DNA from: Fimbriimonadaceae bacterium
GTDB taxonomy: Bacteria > Armatimonadota > Fimbriimonadia > Fimbriimonadales > Fimbriimonadaceae
Reading direction: 5' to 3'
Length of the DNA: 64,000 nucleotides
NCBI GenBank assembly: GCA_041742595.1
Contig: JBGSIJ010000003.1
Coordinates: 107,409 to 171,408 of the forward strand
Shown one piece after another: positions 53,879 to 64,000 of this stretch. How positions within the stretch are numbered: the first letter of the stretch is position 1; each line of letters starts with the position of its first letter. A program made the translations under genes and the position numbers. A model generated the notes under the pieces. The model was not told the origin of the DNA, made no database searches, and was given only the letters and a program-made list of their open reading frames with translations.

Positions 53879-54658
53879 CTAGAGAGAAGTCGTTCGCGAG
53901 TCTTTGGGATGGCGTCCGTAGCGGATGCGCATCAGGCAGAGTCCTTTGGCGGGCAATACAACCGGCCATTGGAGGCGGTCCCTTTCGGGGCCGAGGAGGA
54001 GTTGGGCGTCGGAGGCGGGGCGAAATCCCCGTCCAACTTCAAGGAGAAATCCGGAGATGCGGCGCATCATTCCACGAAGGAACGCGGTGCCCACTACATC
54101 GATCTGCACTTCGTCTGCCTTGGCCTTCACCTGGATGGAGTAAAGGGTGCGACGGGTGTTCTCGATGTGGTCGGGGAGTTCTTCGGTGAATGCGCGGTAG
54201 TCGTTTTCTCCCTGAAGGGTTCGAGCGACTTCCTGCATCTTGTCGAGATCGAGAGGTCTTCCGTAGCGATGCGCATAGCGCTCGCGAAACGGATCGCGCG
54301 GGCCCACTAGGATTCGGTATCGGTAGTGTCGGTCCTGCGCGCAGAAACGGCTATCGAAGTCGGAAGCGGCGTGGGTTGATTTCAGGACGCATAGGTCCGT
54401 GGGCAACAGTCGGTTCAGAACTTCGGGCCACTTGGGAACCGGCATTGCACACTCCGTATCGAAGTGGCAAACCTGGCCCCGGGCGTGCGCACCGCCATCG
54501 GTACGACTTGCCCCTTGAATCTCATTCTCCTCGCCCGAGATTTGGCGAACGGCTTCTGTCAATGTGCTCTGAACGGTTCTCCGTCCAGATTGCGCGGCCC
54601 AGCCGCTGAAGTCTGTGCCGTCGTAAGCGACGGCCAGACGAACTCGTTTAGTCGACAA
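53879..54658 (-). CDS. truA: tRNA pseudouridine(38-40) synthase
   Basis: The N-terminus RLAVAYDGTDFSGWA and the catalytic RTDGGAHARGQV motif are present. Confidence 0.85.
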   Translation of the reverse strand: MSTKRVRLAVAYDGTDFSGWAAQSGRRTVQSTLTEAVRQISGEENEIQGASRTDGGAHARGQVCHFDTECAMPVPKWPEVLNRLLPTDLCVLKSTHAASDFDSRFCAQDRHYRYRILVGPRDPFRERYAHRYGRPLDLDKMQEVARTLQGENDYRAFTEELPDHIENTRRTLYSIQVKAKADEVQIDVVGTAFLRGMMRRISGFLLEVGRGFRPASDAQLLLGPERDRLQWPVVLPAKGLCLMRIRYGRHPKDSRTTSL

Positions 54659-55097
54659 GCTCCAGGACGGCGACCGGGGCGGCGTCTCCGCGGCGCGGTC
54701 CGATCTTGGTCAGGCGGGTGTAGCCGCCGTTCCGGTCCTTGAAGCGAGGGCCGACGTTGTCGAAAAGGTGCTTGACCAGGTCCTCGCCGTTGATCAGCGA
54801 GTGCTTGGCCAGAAGCTCCGTCTTCTCGATCGCGGTCTTCCCGGCCAGAAGCTTTTCCGGCTTGGGCGTGGACGCGGAGTGGCCGACGAGGACCTTGCGA
54901 GCCTGTCGTCGTGCGTTCACGGTGTCCTCTCGGGAAAGCGTGATCAGCTTTTCGACGACGCGCTGCAGTTCCTTCGCTCGGCCCAACGTGGTTCGCACGT
55001 AGCCATGTCGAATGAACTGGCGCTGGAGATTGGTCAGCAACGCTCGTCGCTGATCGCTGGGGAGGCCCAGCTTCCTGCGGTCAACCTTATGTCTCAT
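54648..55097 (-). CDS. rplQ: 50S ribosomal protein L17
   Basis: The N-terminus MRHKVDRRKLG… is canonical for L17. Confidence 0.9.
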   Translation of the reverse strand: MRHKVDRRKLGLPSDQRRALLTNLQRQFIRHGYVRTTLGRAKELQRVVEKLITLSREDTVNARRQARKVLVGHSASTPKPEKLLAGKTAIEKTELLAKHSLINGEDLVKHLFDNVGPRFKDRNGGYTRLTKIGPRRGDAAPVAVLELVD

Positions 55098-56089
55098 TAG
55101 AAATCGTCATCCTCGTCGTCTAGAGTATCGAGGGCTCGGTAGCCGCCCTTCGGTGGCTTCAGCTCAAGCCCATGCTCGTTGAGCTTGTCTCGGACCTCCA
55201 GCAACGACTTCTTGCCGAAGCCGCGGATGCTGGTCAGGTCGCTCTCGTTCGCCGTCGCCAGGGCGCGCAGGCTCATGAGCCCGGCGCGTCGGAGACAGTT
55301 GAACGTTCGCTGGGAGAAGTCCATCTCCTCGATCCGAATATCAGGAATGTTCGCCAGCTCGGGGAGCATGTCGTCGGCGCTGTCGAAGTCGGCTTCGAAG
55401 CCGGCTTGGCCGAGATCGCGGAACATCTGGAAGTACTTGACCAGGATGTTGCTTGCCTGGCTGAGCGCGTCGTTGGGCTTCACGGAACCGTTGGTCCAGA
55501 TGTCCAAGACAAGCCGCTCGTAGTCCGTACGCATTCCCACGCGGGTCTGCTCTACGGTGTAGTTGACCTTGGTGGTGGGGGTGTACTGGCTACCGGTGGA
55601 CAGGATGCCGATGATGCCTCGGTAGCGCTCCTGCTTCTCGGGAAGCGTGTAACCGCTGCCCCAGCCCACGTAGAGTTCCATGCTGAGCGAAACCTTTTCG
55701 TCGCTCGAAGTCGCAATGTAGACCTCGGGGTTGACGATCTCAACGCCGGGAGGGCACTGGATGTCTCCACCGGTGATGCGGCCCGCGCCGGTGATCTCAA
55801 GGGTAAGGACCTTGTCCTCCAGAGGGAGACCGTTTTCGGTGTCCACGCGGATCGCGAGGTTCTTGAGGTTGAGCAGCAGTTCGGTGACGTCCTCTTTGAC
55901 TCCCGGGATTGGCGAGAATTCGTGGTTGACCTTGTCGATCTTGATGGCAGCCACGGCGGCGCCTTGGATCGATCCGAGGAGCACGCGTCGGAGGGCATTG
56001 CCGATCGTCTGGCCGTAGCCGCGCTCGAGCGGCTCCAGAACGAACTTGCCGAATTCCTGATTGAGTTCGAGGGTGGAGATCTGTGGCAT
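55097..56089 (-). CDS. rpoA: DNA-directed RNA polymerase subunit alpha
   Basis: The N-terminal domain (…LEPLERGYGQTIGNALRRVLL…) and the C-terminal helix-hairpin-helix (…LNEHGL…) are present. The length is 330 aa. Confidence 0.9.
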   Translation of the reverse strand: MPQISTLELNQEFGKFVLEPLERGYGQTIGNALRRVLLGSIQGAAVAAIKIDKVNHEFSPIPGVKEDVTELLLNLKNLAIRVDTENGLPLEDKVLTLEITGAGRITGGDIQCPPGVEIVNPEVYIATSSDEKVSLSMELYVGWGSGYTLPEKQERYRGIIGILSTGSQYTPTTKVNYTVEQTRVGMRTDYERLVLDIWTNGSVKPNDALSQASNILVKYFQMFRDLGQAGFEADFDSADDMLPELANIPDIRIEEMDFSQRTFNCLRRAGLMSLRALATANESDLTSIRGFGKKSLLEVRDKLNEHGLELKPPKGGYRALDTLDDEDDDF

Positions 56090-56116
56090 GGAGTTAATGG
56101 GGAGCGGGGAAAGGAC

Positions 56117-56512
56117 TTAGACGCGTCGTCGCTTCGGCGGTCGGCATCCGTTGTGGGGAACCGGGGTCACGTCGCAGATACTCGTGACTTCCAATCCGGA
56201 AGCCTGGAGGGCTCGGATTGCGGTCTCGCGGCCAGATCCGGGTCCGCGAACCTGAACCTCCACCTTGCGAAGGCCATGCTCTTGGGCAAGGCGAGAAGCC
56301 TTATCGGCGGCAACCTGGGCGGCAAACGGAGTTCCTTTGCGGCTGCCCTTGAAGTTGACGTTGCCCGCACTGGCCCAACTGATAACGTTGCCGTTGGGGT
56401 CCGTGAGCGAAACGATCGTGTTGTTGAAGGAGGCACGGATGTGAGCAACCCCAACCGGGATGTTCTTTCGTTCCTTCTGCTTGCCTTTCTGAACTTGCTT
56501 TCGAGCCATGGG
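56117..56512 (-). CDS. rpsK: 30S ribosomal protein S11
   Basis: The start is at internal M ([11 protein letters not shown]…), followed by canonical S11 sequence. Confidence 0.9.
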   Translation of the reverse strand, partial: PMARKQVQKGKQKERKNIPVGVAHIRASFNNTIVSLTDPNGNVISWASAGNVNFKGSRKGTPFAAQVAADKASRLAQEHGLRKVEVQVRGPGSGRETAIRALQASGLEVTSICDVTPVPHNGCRPPKRRRV

Positions 56513-56554
56513 TTTGTGGTGGATAGGGTGGGCTCCCAATGGGAGCCCGGAAAA

Positions 56555-56932
56555 CTACTTCTTCGCCTTCTTCTTGCCGGCCACGGTCTTCGGCTTGCCC
56601 TTCCGGGTTCGCGCGTTGTGGCGGGTGTTCTGGCCGCGGGTGGGAAGGCCACGTCGATGACGGAGACCGCGGTAGCAGTTGATCTCGATCAGGCGACGGA
56701 TGTTCGCGTTGACTTCTCGGCGAAGGTCTCCTTCCACCTGATAGTCGCGGTCGATGATCTCACGAAGTCGAGTGATGTCCTGGTCGGACAACTCCTTAAC
56801 CTTCGTGCGAGGATCGATCTCCGCTTTCTCGATCACCTCGATCGCGTTGTGCTTTCCGATGCCGTAAAGCACCGGCAAGGCGTAAAGGATCGCCTTTTCT
56901 CGAGGGAGGTCAACACCTGCAATACGTGCCAT
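56555..56932 (-). CDS. rpsM: 30S ribosomal protein S13
   Basis: The N-terminus [13 protein letters not shown]… is canonical for S13. Confidence 0.9.
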   Translation of the reverse strand: MARIAGVDLPREKAILYALPVLYGIGKHNAIEVIEKAEIDPRTKVKELSDQDITRLREIIDRDYQVEGDLRREVNANIRRLIEINCYRGLRHRRGLPTRGQNTRHNARTRKGKPKTVAGKKKAKK

Positions 56933-56964
56933 TCTTTTCTTGGATTCTCCGTTTTTTGCCCGGC

Positions 56965-57078
56965 TTAGCCCTGGCGCTGCTTATGCTTTGGGTTCACGCA
57001 GATCACTCGGACCACGCCTTCACGCTTGATGATCTTGCACTTGTCGCAGATCTTTTTTACACTTGCTCGTACTTTCAT
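56965..57078 (-). CDS. rpmJ: 50S ribosomal protein L36
   Basis: The 37-aa protein [37 protein letters not shown] carries the zinc-ribbon CxxC…CxxxxH. Confidence 0.9.
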   Translation of the reverse strand: MKVRASVKKICDKCKIIKREGVVRVICVNPKHKQRQG

Positions 57079-57264
57079 CGTCAAAATCCGTTCTTCAAAC
57101 GTCCTCAAGAGGAGAAGCGCGGTCAAGCGTGCCCTGCTTAGGGGCAATCTCTGCCTGACGCAACGGTGGATTATACCTAGCCCTTTCCGGTTCGGGCAAG
57201 GTTTCGGCGTCGGTCTTTTCCCGACGACCCTCTTTCGTGCCGTTTGGCTTCGCGGCCAGGCCCG

Positions 57265-57588
57265 CTACCAGTCGCTTTCGCGTTCTTCCTGCTCTTCTTT
57301 CATCACGGCCCACACCTTGCTATAGGCGCCGTGCCGGTAATAGTCCTCAATGCTCGCTTTGAAGTTCGTGTAGTTGATCTGCCGAACCCGCAGCGCAACC
57401 GCCTCGCTAACCCGCTCGCGGGTGAGAGAGGCGCGGAATCGGTAGTCCGCGTCCGGCGTCTCCGCGATCTCCGCTTCCGGGAACCAGTGCTCGATGTCGC
57501 CGGGGAACCGGGCGCGTACCAAGAGCAGTCGGGGCTCCTGGCTGTGCTCGACGATCGAGAGAAAGCTGCGGCGGGAGAAGATCCACAT
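57265..57588 (-). CDS. Hypothetical protein inserted between infA and rpmJ
   Basis: The 107-aa ORF is co-oriented within the operon and has coding-like composition. Its function is unknown. Confidence 0.4.
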   Translation of the reverse strand: MWIFSRRSFLSIVEHSQEPRLLLVRARFPGDIEHWFPEAEIAETPDADYRFRASLTRERVSEAVALRVRQINYTNFKASIEDYYRHGAYSKVWAVMKEEQEERESDW

Positions 57589-57604
57589 GGGCGGGTCTCC
57601 GAAC

Positions 57605-57865
57605 CTACTTAAAGCGGTAGACGATGCGGCCCATCGTAAGGTCGTACGGGCTCAGCTCTACCTTTACTCGGTCGCCCGGCAAGATCCTGATGTAGTGCAT
57701 GCGCATCTTGCCGCTCACGTGGGCCAATATCTCGAGGGCGCCTTCATCCAGCTTGACCCGGAAACGAGCATTCGGCAGGTTCTCGAGGACTACGCCCTCG
57801 ACTTCAATGCCCTGCTCCTTGTCGTCCTTAGGTTTCTGAATGTGCCGATTAAATCGCCTCGCCAT
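57605..57865 (-). CDS. infA: Translation initiation factor IF-1 (with a ~14-aa N-terminal extension)
   Basis: The S1-like OB-fold sequence is …[63 protein letters not shown]. Confidence 0.9.
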   Translation of the reverse strand: MARRFNRHIQKPKDDKEQGIEVEGVVLENLPNARFRVKLDEGALEILAHVSGKMRMHYIRILPGDRVKVELSPYDLTMGRIVYRFK

Positions 57866-57996
57866 GAACTAGAGAGTGTACCGTGTGCAGAGCGCCAGAC
57901 CGCCATTTCGGGGGTCCTGAAGCCCGGCGAGCGAGGTCCAACAACGCAAATCGCCCCGCCCAGCAAAGCTGGACGGGGCGAATTGCCAGGGTCTTC

Positions 57997-58407
57997 TCAG
58001 CGAGAAACGCGAGCCGCGCGGACGCGGTTCATGGCACGCTCGATCTCAACGACGGCTTCGTCGCTTGTGAACCGGGAGGACTCTCCCCGTAGCGAGCGTC
58101 GCGCTTCCTCAAGCTCTTCCTCGGCCTTGGAGAGGTCGATTTCGTGGCTGGGGATGGCGTCGTCCGCCAAGATCGTCACGTGCTCGCCCGTGATCTCCGC
58201 GAAGCCGCCGCCCATCGCCACGTAGCGACGGTTGTTCGCGGTGTCCTGGTACTCCAGAACGCCCGGCCGTAACGTCGCGATAAGGGGCTGGTGCCCGGCC
58301 AGGATGCCAAAGTAGCCATCCAGTCCGGGCGCAACCACCGAGTGAGCTTCCGTCTCCACAACGGAGCGGTCCGGGGCCACGATTGAGAGGTGGAACGCCC
58401 GCGCCAT
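57997..58407 (-). CDS. atpC: F0F1 ATP synthase subunit epsilon
   Basis: The N-terminal beta-sandwich (…LSIVAPDRSVVETEA…) and C-terminal helices are present. Confidence 0.85.
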   Translation of the reverse strand: MARAFHLSIVAPDRSVVETEAHSVVAPGLDGYFGILAGHQPLIATLRPGVLEYQDTANNRRYVAMGGGFAEITGEHVTILADDAIPSHEIDLSKAEEELEEARRSLRGESSRFTSDEAVVEIERAMNRVRAARVSR

Positions 58408-58412
58408 GTTGT

Positions 58413-60032
<1,620 letters not shown>

Positions 60033-60067
60033 TTATGCCTGTACCTTAGTCTCGGGGAACATCCGAC

Positions 60068-60403
60068 ATGCGACTAACAACTCTGATTATTGGCCTTGGA
60101 CTGGTGGCGGCGATCTTGACCGCCGTCAACTCCGCAATCGGGTCGCCTGAGGAAGCCGCGAAGCACGAGACGGCTGCGGCACGCGTTGCCGTCTCCAAGC
60201 TTCAGCCTGGGCTGGCGAGAATGGACGCCGAGCGTCAGATGAGAGCAATGGGCTACGAGCTCGTCTACAGCCGCAACGGCCAGGACGGCTATCGCCAGAC
60301 CCGAACCTACTTCGACTTCTTTCAGCAGAGCCGCCGACCAGTCACCGTGGTCCTCGGCATGGATGGCGACGGCAAGCTACGGGACTACATCTTCCAGCAG
60401 TAG
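60068..60403 (+). CDS. Small secreted or membrane-anchored hypothetical protein
   Basis: The N-terminus MRLTTLIIGLGLVAAILTAVNSA is signal-like. No homology was recognised. Confidence 0.4.
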   Translation: MRLTTLIIGLGLVAAILTAVNSAIGSPEEAAKHETAAARVAVSKLQPGLARMDAERQMRAMGYELVYSRNGQDGYRQTRTYFDFFQQSRRPVTVVLGMDGDGKLRDYIFQQ

Positions 60404-60480
60404 ACCCCCCAAAAACTGCAGCATTCGGCTCCCTTCGCGAAGGCGAAGGGGGCCGTTTTCGTTTCAGGTAGCGTTCCAAC

Positions 60481-62244
60481 ATGCTTGGCCTACTCCTCGC
60501 CCTGGTTTCGACCCAAGTCCCCGCCGGAGTGGACCTTATCGGGGATGCACCCATGAGGCTCTCGCTGGGCACGATCGCCTCGGGTCAGGCACGGTTAGGC
60601 TCAGCAGAGATCACCATCAAGAAGCGGGGTGAGAACGCTTACTCTGCCGAGATGAAGAGCCCCGCCTTTCGGCTGGATCTGCACAAGGGAGAGGTTGTAT
60701 ACGTGACCTACCAAGCCCGCGGTCCTGCGTCCAAGCACGAGAGCGGAACCGCCTTCTGGGGCGTCCAGTTCCAGCGAACCACTTCTCCGTGGGATGGCTT
60801 CGGCTCGACTTCGGCCAGCGCCGCCAAAGACTGGCGCACCTTCCACCATGCGTTCCGAGTGGACAAGGACTATCCGGCTGGCCAGACCGAGATGACCATG
60901 CACGTCGGCGCAGTAGAGCAAACCATCGAGGTGAAGGGTCTTAAGGCAGTCCTTCTGCCACCTGAAACCGACATGGCCAAGCTGCCAACCACCCTCCTCA
61001 CGTACGAGGGGCGCGACCCTAAGGCTCGCTGGCGCGCTAAAGCCGCCGCAATGATCGAAAAGAATCGCAAGGGGAACCTAGAGATTGTGGTCACCCGCAA
61101 TGGCAAGCCCGTCCAGAACGAGGTTGTTCGGTTCTCGATGACCCGCCACGCCTATCCGTTCGGCACGTTCGCGGAGTACCACTACGGCCGCACCGACGCC
61201 GACAGTGTTCGCTACAACCGGCTCCTAACTACCAAACTCTTCAGCCGCATCACCGTCCCGGTTTACTGGGCGGACTGGGGCTGGGAGAATCCCAAGACGC
61301 GAGCCGAGTGGATCGGGCAGATCGAGTGGGCCGAGAAGCTAGGGCTTCGCATGAAAGCGCACAATCTCCTCTGGCCGAGCGACAAGTGGCTGCCCGCCCG
61401 GGTTCGGCCCATGAGAGGCAACGAGTTGCGCAACGCGATGAGCGAAGCCCTGAACGATCGCCTGGCCGCCCTCAAGGGCAAGCCCTTCGAGAACATCGAC
61501 GTGGTCAACGAACTCCGCACCGAGCGAGATGTGTACGACCGAGTTGGTCTCAGTCCGATCGTGGACTACTTCCGCAAGACCCGAGCCGCCTATCCCAAGG
61601 CAGAACTGGTCTACAACGACTACGCCACCTTCGAAGGGGCCGCCGGAGGCGGCCAAGGCTTCCTCCTATCACTCGAATGGACAAAGCGCCTCCTCGCCGC
61701 AAAGGCGCCCGTAACCCTTAGCGGCTGGCAAGGCCACTTCGGCGAGGACCTCACCCCGCCAGAGAAGGTCTGGGCTCTCATTGATAAGTGGAAGAAGCAA
61801 ACCGGCCTCCCGCTCGAGATCACCGAGTTCGATATCAACACGCGCGACGAGCGGGCCCAGGCTGACTACACCCGAGACCTGCTGACCGCTTGGTTTGCGC
61901 ACCCCCAAACCAAGGGCTTCACCATGTGGGGTTTCTGGGAAGGGTCGCATTGGATCCCAAACGGAGCCATGTACCGGAAGGACTGGAGCCGTAAGCCCAA
62001 CGCCGATGCCTACGAGAACCTCGTCAACAAGGCTTGGTGGACCGACGTCACCGTGCGAACGGACGCCAGAGGGCGAGCCAAAGTACGCGGATTCCAAGGC
62101 GACTACGAGGTGGCCATCGGTCGGGCCAAGGTGAAGGCTCAGATCAAGCCCGGCAGCAGCACCGTCGGCATCACGCTATACACACGCAGCCAAATGGCCC
62201 TGAGGAGTGATCTCCACAGGGCCGAGCGGGTTCCGACGCGCTAG
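60481..62244 (+). CDS. Glycoside hydrolase family 10 (endo-1,4-beta-xylanase-like) with an N-terminal carbohydrate-binding-like domain
   Basis: There is an N-terminal signal peptide. The (beta/alpha)8 hallmarks are …HNLLWPS…, …VVNE…, …ITEFDI… (catalytic Glu) and …WGFWEG…. Confidence 0.7.
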   Translation: MLGLLLALVSTQVPAGVDLIGDAPMRLSLGTIASGQARLGSAEITIKKRGENAYSAEMKSPAFRLDLHKGEVVYVTYQARGPASKHESGTAFWGVQFQRTTSPWDGFGSTSASAAKDWRTFHHAFRVDKDYPAGQTEMTMHVGAVEQTIEVKGLKAVLLPPETDMAKLPTTLLTYEGRDPKARWRAKAAAMIEKNRKGNLEIVVTRNGKPVQNEVVRFSMTRHAYPFGTFAEYHYGRTDADSVRYNRLLTTKLFSRITVPVYWADWGWENPKTRAEWIGQIEWAEKLGLRMKAHNLLWPSDKWLPARVRPMRGNELRNAMSEALNDRLAALKGKPFENIDVVNELRTERDVYDRVGLSPIVDYFRKTRAAYPKAELVYNDYATFEGAAGGGQGFLLSLEWTKRLLAAKAPVTLSGWQGHFGEDLTPPEKVWALIDKWKKQTGLPLEITEFDINTRDERAQADYTRDLLTAWFAHPQTKGFTMWGFWEGSHWIPNGAMYRKDWSRKPNADAYENLVNKAWWTDVTVRTDARGRAKVRGFQGDYEVAIGRAKVKAQIKPGSSTVGITLYTRSQMALRSDLHRAERVPTR

Positions 62245-63446
62245 AAGCGGCCGGCGGGACGTCGCTGACCGTAAGGGCGCCCATTGTTGCGGCCGCCAGA
62301 GCGGGCGCCCGGGTGCGGCATCGCGGCGGGGAACACCGCCGTAGAGAGTCGCGAGCGCGGGATCTCCATGCGGATCATCCGCTCGAGGGCGAGAACGTCC
62401 TTGTGCTGGTCCGGCGTGGCCAGTGTGATCGAGCGGCCAGACATCCCGGCGCGGCCCGTTCGGCCGATGCGGTGGACGTAATCTTCGTGCTGGTCCGGCA
62501 TATCGTAGTTCACGACGAGTTCGATGTTCTTCACATCGATCCCGCGAGCGGCGATATCGGTTGCCACCAGGATGCGACTGCGACCGGACTTGAAGTTCTC
62601 CATCGCGCTGCGGCGTTGAGCAAGGGTTCGGTCAGAGTGCAACTCGGAAGCGTCGTGCCCCATCGCGCTCACCGCTCGGGCGACCTTGCGGGCGCCGTGC
62701 CGAGTGCGAACGAAGACAAGCACCGGGCCGGTGGTGTCGGCCAAGATGTCGCGCAGAAGCGTTCCCCGGTCGTCCTTGTCCACTACCACGAGCTCTTGCT
62801 CGACGAGTTCGGTGGTCATGGTCGGTCGCTCGATCTCCACGCGGATCGGGTCCTTCTGGACGTTCTTTGCGAGGTCGGCGATCTCGGGAGGCATCGTGGC
62901 CGAGAACAGCAGAGTCTGCCGGTTCTGAGGCGTGCGGCCTAGGATGAACTTGATGTCCGGCGCAAAGCCCATGTCCAGCATCCGGTCGGCTTCGTCGAGA
63001 ACGACGACGACGGCTCGGTCGAGCTGCAAGGTGCGCTGATTCAGGTGGTCCTTCATCCGGCCCGGCGTCCCGACGATAACGGCGGGTCGGCTACGAAGCT
63101 GGTTGATCTGGCGGTTCATCGGCGCGCCGCCGATAAGCAGGGCGGTCTTGAGGCCGATCTTGACCAGGACTTCCTCGACCTGGATCGCAAGTTCTCGGGT
63201 CGGAACGATTACTACGGAGAGGTTGCCTTCTTTCTTGAATCGCTCAAGGATCGGCAACCCAAAGGCGAGGGTCTTGCCGGTACCGGTTTGAGCGAGGCCG
63301 ACCACGTCGCGGCCTTGAAGCACATGCGGGATCGCCTGGGCTTGGATCGGGGTAGGAGTTACGAATCCGAGCCGGTCTAGGATCGAAAGCGTGGAAGACG
63401 AGAGGTTGAGGTCGGCAAAGCGCACCTCGGCGGTCTGAGATTGCAT
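62241..63446 (-). CDS. DEAD-box ATP-dependent RNA helicase (RhlE-like)
   Basis: The start is at internal M92 (MQSQTAEVRFADL…). Q-motif, AQTGTGKT, DEAD, SAT and HRIGRTGR motifs are present, with a Gly/Arg-rich C-tail. Confidence 0.85.
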   Translation of the reverse strand: MQSQTAEVRFADLNLSSSTLSILDRLGFVTPTPIQAQAIPHVLQGRDVVGLAQTGTGKTLAFGLPILERFKKEGNLSVVIVPTRELAIQVEEVLVKIGLKTALLIGGAPMNRQINQLRSRPAVIVGTPGRMKDHLNQRTLQLDRAVVVVLDEADRMLDMGFAPDIKFILGRTPQNRQTLLFSATMPPEIADLAKNVQKDPIRVEIERPTMTTELVEQELVVVDKDDRGTLLRDILADTTGPVLVFVRTRHGARKVARAVSAMGHDASELHSDRTLAQRRSAMENFKSGRSRILVATDIAARGIDVKNIELVVNYDMPDQHEDYVHRIGRTGRAGMSGRSITLATPDQHKDVLALERMIRMEIPRSRLSTAVFPAAMPHPGARSGGRNNGRPYGQRRPAGRF

Positions 63447-63546
63447 AAGGGGGACCTTCCGCAATTCTGCAGAAGAACGTGTAGTGTGACACATCAGTCT
63501 CCCGTTTAGTTCCTCTGAAGCCCGAACGGTGCTACGATGTCGGGCG

Positions 63547-64000
63547 ATGTATGCCCTTGCCAGAGCGTTGCCCCTGCTCCTTGCCGTCCTCGTGACGAAC
63601 CAGGTCCATGCCCAGGCGCCCGAGCCCAGCCTGATCCCAACCGAGGTCTCTCGCCTAGCGTTCTTGCTGGGCGACTGGTCTGGCGAAGAGGAGTTCATCA
63701 TGATGGGCCAGAGCACCAAGAGTAAGGGAGTCCTTCAGGGAACGAAGGCGGTGGGCGGCAGGTATGTCCAGCTCAAGCAGTCCTATCAAATGGATTCCGA
63801 TCGGCTGGAAGGGATGAACCTTTTTACCTTCGACCCCGGTGCCAAGAAGTACCGCGGTTGGTGGTTCGACCAGTTGTCTGGTGAAGCAGTCGAGCTGCGG
63901 GGCGACTTCGAGGGCGAGAAGCTCATCCTTACCAGCCAGCCCGCGCCCTTGCCGGGTAGCCCGGAGAAAGTGGTTCTGCGAGCCACCTACTGGTTGCAGG
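63547..64000 (+). CDS. DUF1579-family secreted protein, 3' end beyond the window
   Basis: The ATG at 63547 gives a signal peptide MYALARALPLLLAVLVTNQVHA, followed by LGDWSGEEEF…YRGWWFDQ… The frame is open to the window end. It is not in the ORF track because no stop lies within the window. Confidence 0.55.
   Translation, partial: MYALARALPLLLAVLVTNQVHAQAPEPSLIPTEVSRLAFLLGDWSGEEEFIMMGQSTKSKGVLQGTKAVGGRYVQLKQSYQMDSDRLEGMNLFTFDPGAKKYRGWWFDQLSGEAVELRGDFEGEKLILTSQPAPLPGSPEKVVLRATYWLQ

Overview
This is a high-GC (~63-65%) bacterial chromosomal window that is densely coded and mostly housekeeping. The taxonomic guess of Armatimonadota, Planctomycetota or Verrucomicrobiota is inference from the combination of prepilin-type DUF1559 (H-X9-DG) proteins and PEP-CTERM proteins. 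Recognisable content, in order along the window:
- 259-4402: a molybdenum-hydroxylase module (2Fe-2S small subunit, Tat-signal MoCo large subunit, XdhC chaperone, MocA cytidylyltransferase).
- 4391-6917: a minus-strand operon of unknowns (two membrane proteins, a DnaA-N-like protein and an MBL hydrolase).
- 6945-12415: GNAT acetyltransferase, Ppx/GppA, xylulokinase, rpsA with unusual N- and C-terminal extensions, and coaE.
- 12416-21016: the most unusual region. A strong sigma70-like promoter (TTGATT-N17-TATACT) and a ~200 nt leader drive four consecutive large secreted or envelope proteins. These are a CsgG/LpoB-like plus TM plus (GTG)n-repeat mosaic, an 831-aa unknown, a BIg-domain putative outer-membrane protein and a 600-aa unknown. 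I take this to be an undescribed cell-envelope or surface-structure operon.
- 20995-26542: nadB, an SDR oxidoreductase, tRNA-Ser(TGA), acs, a PEP-CTERM protein and rpsO.
- 26802-32459: a bacterial tricorn-type S41 protease, then hflX with an SPFH/band-7 partner.
- 32570-33565: a REP-associated tyrosine transposase (RAYT) flanked by inverted REP/BIME palindromes.
- 33719-37249: mfd.
- 37659-40027: a tandem duplication of a two-gene module (prepilin-type DUF1559 protein plus a translationally coupled ~74-aa lipoprotein with the conserved C-terminal motif PEMTPPPxAPTADxxVGSK).
- 40138-43159: an orphan nuoD, then two more PEP-CTERM genes, one split by a frameshift in a C-run.
- 43245-44354: an AI-2E transporter.
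- 44618-49527: lutABC fused to a rhamnulokinase gene, divergent from mtnA.
- 49542-52496: two tandem PepSY proteins and pdp.
- 52861-59849: a ribosomal/alpha-operon block (rpsI, rplM, truA, rplQ, rpoA, rpsK, rpsM, rpmJ, an extra ORF, infA) that lacks rpsD, followed by atpC and atpD split away from the rest of F1Fo.
- 60068-64000: a small secreted protein, a GH10 xylanase-like enzyme, a DEAD-box helicase and a partial DUF1579 gene.
I could not recognise any CRISPR array, restriction-modification, toxin-antitoxin or prophage signature from the sequence alone. The many long antisense ORFs in the six-frame track are high-GC artefacts.
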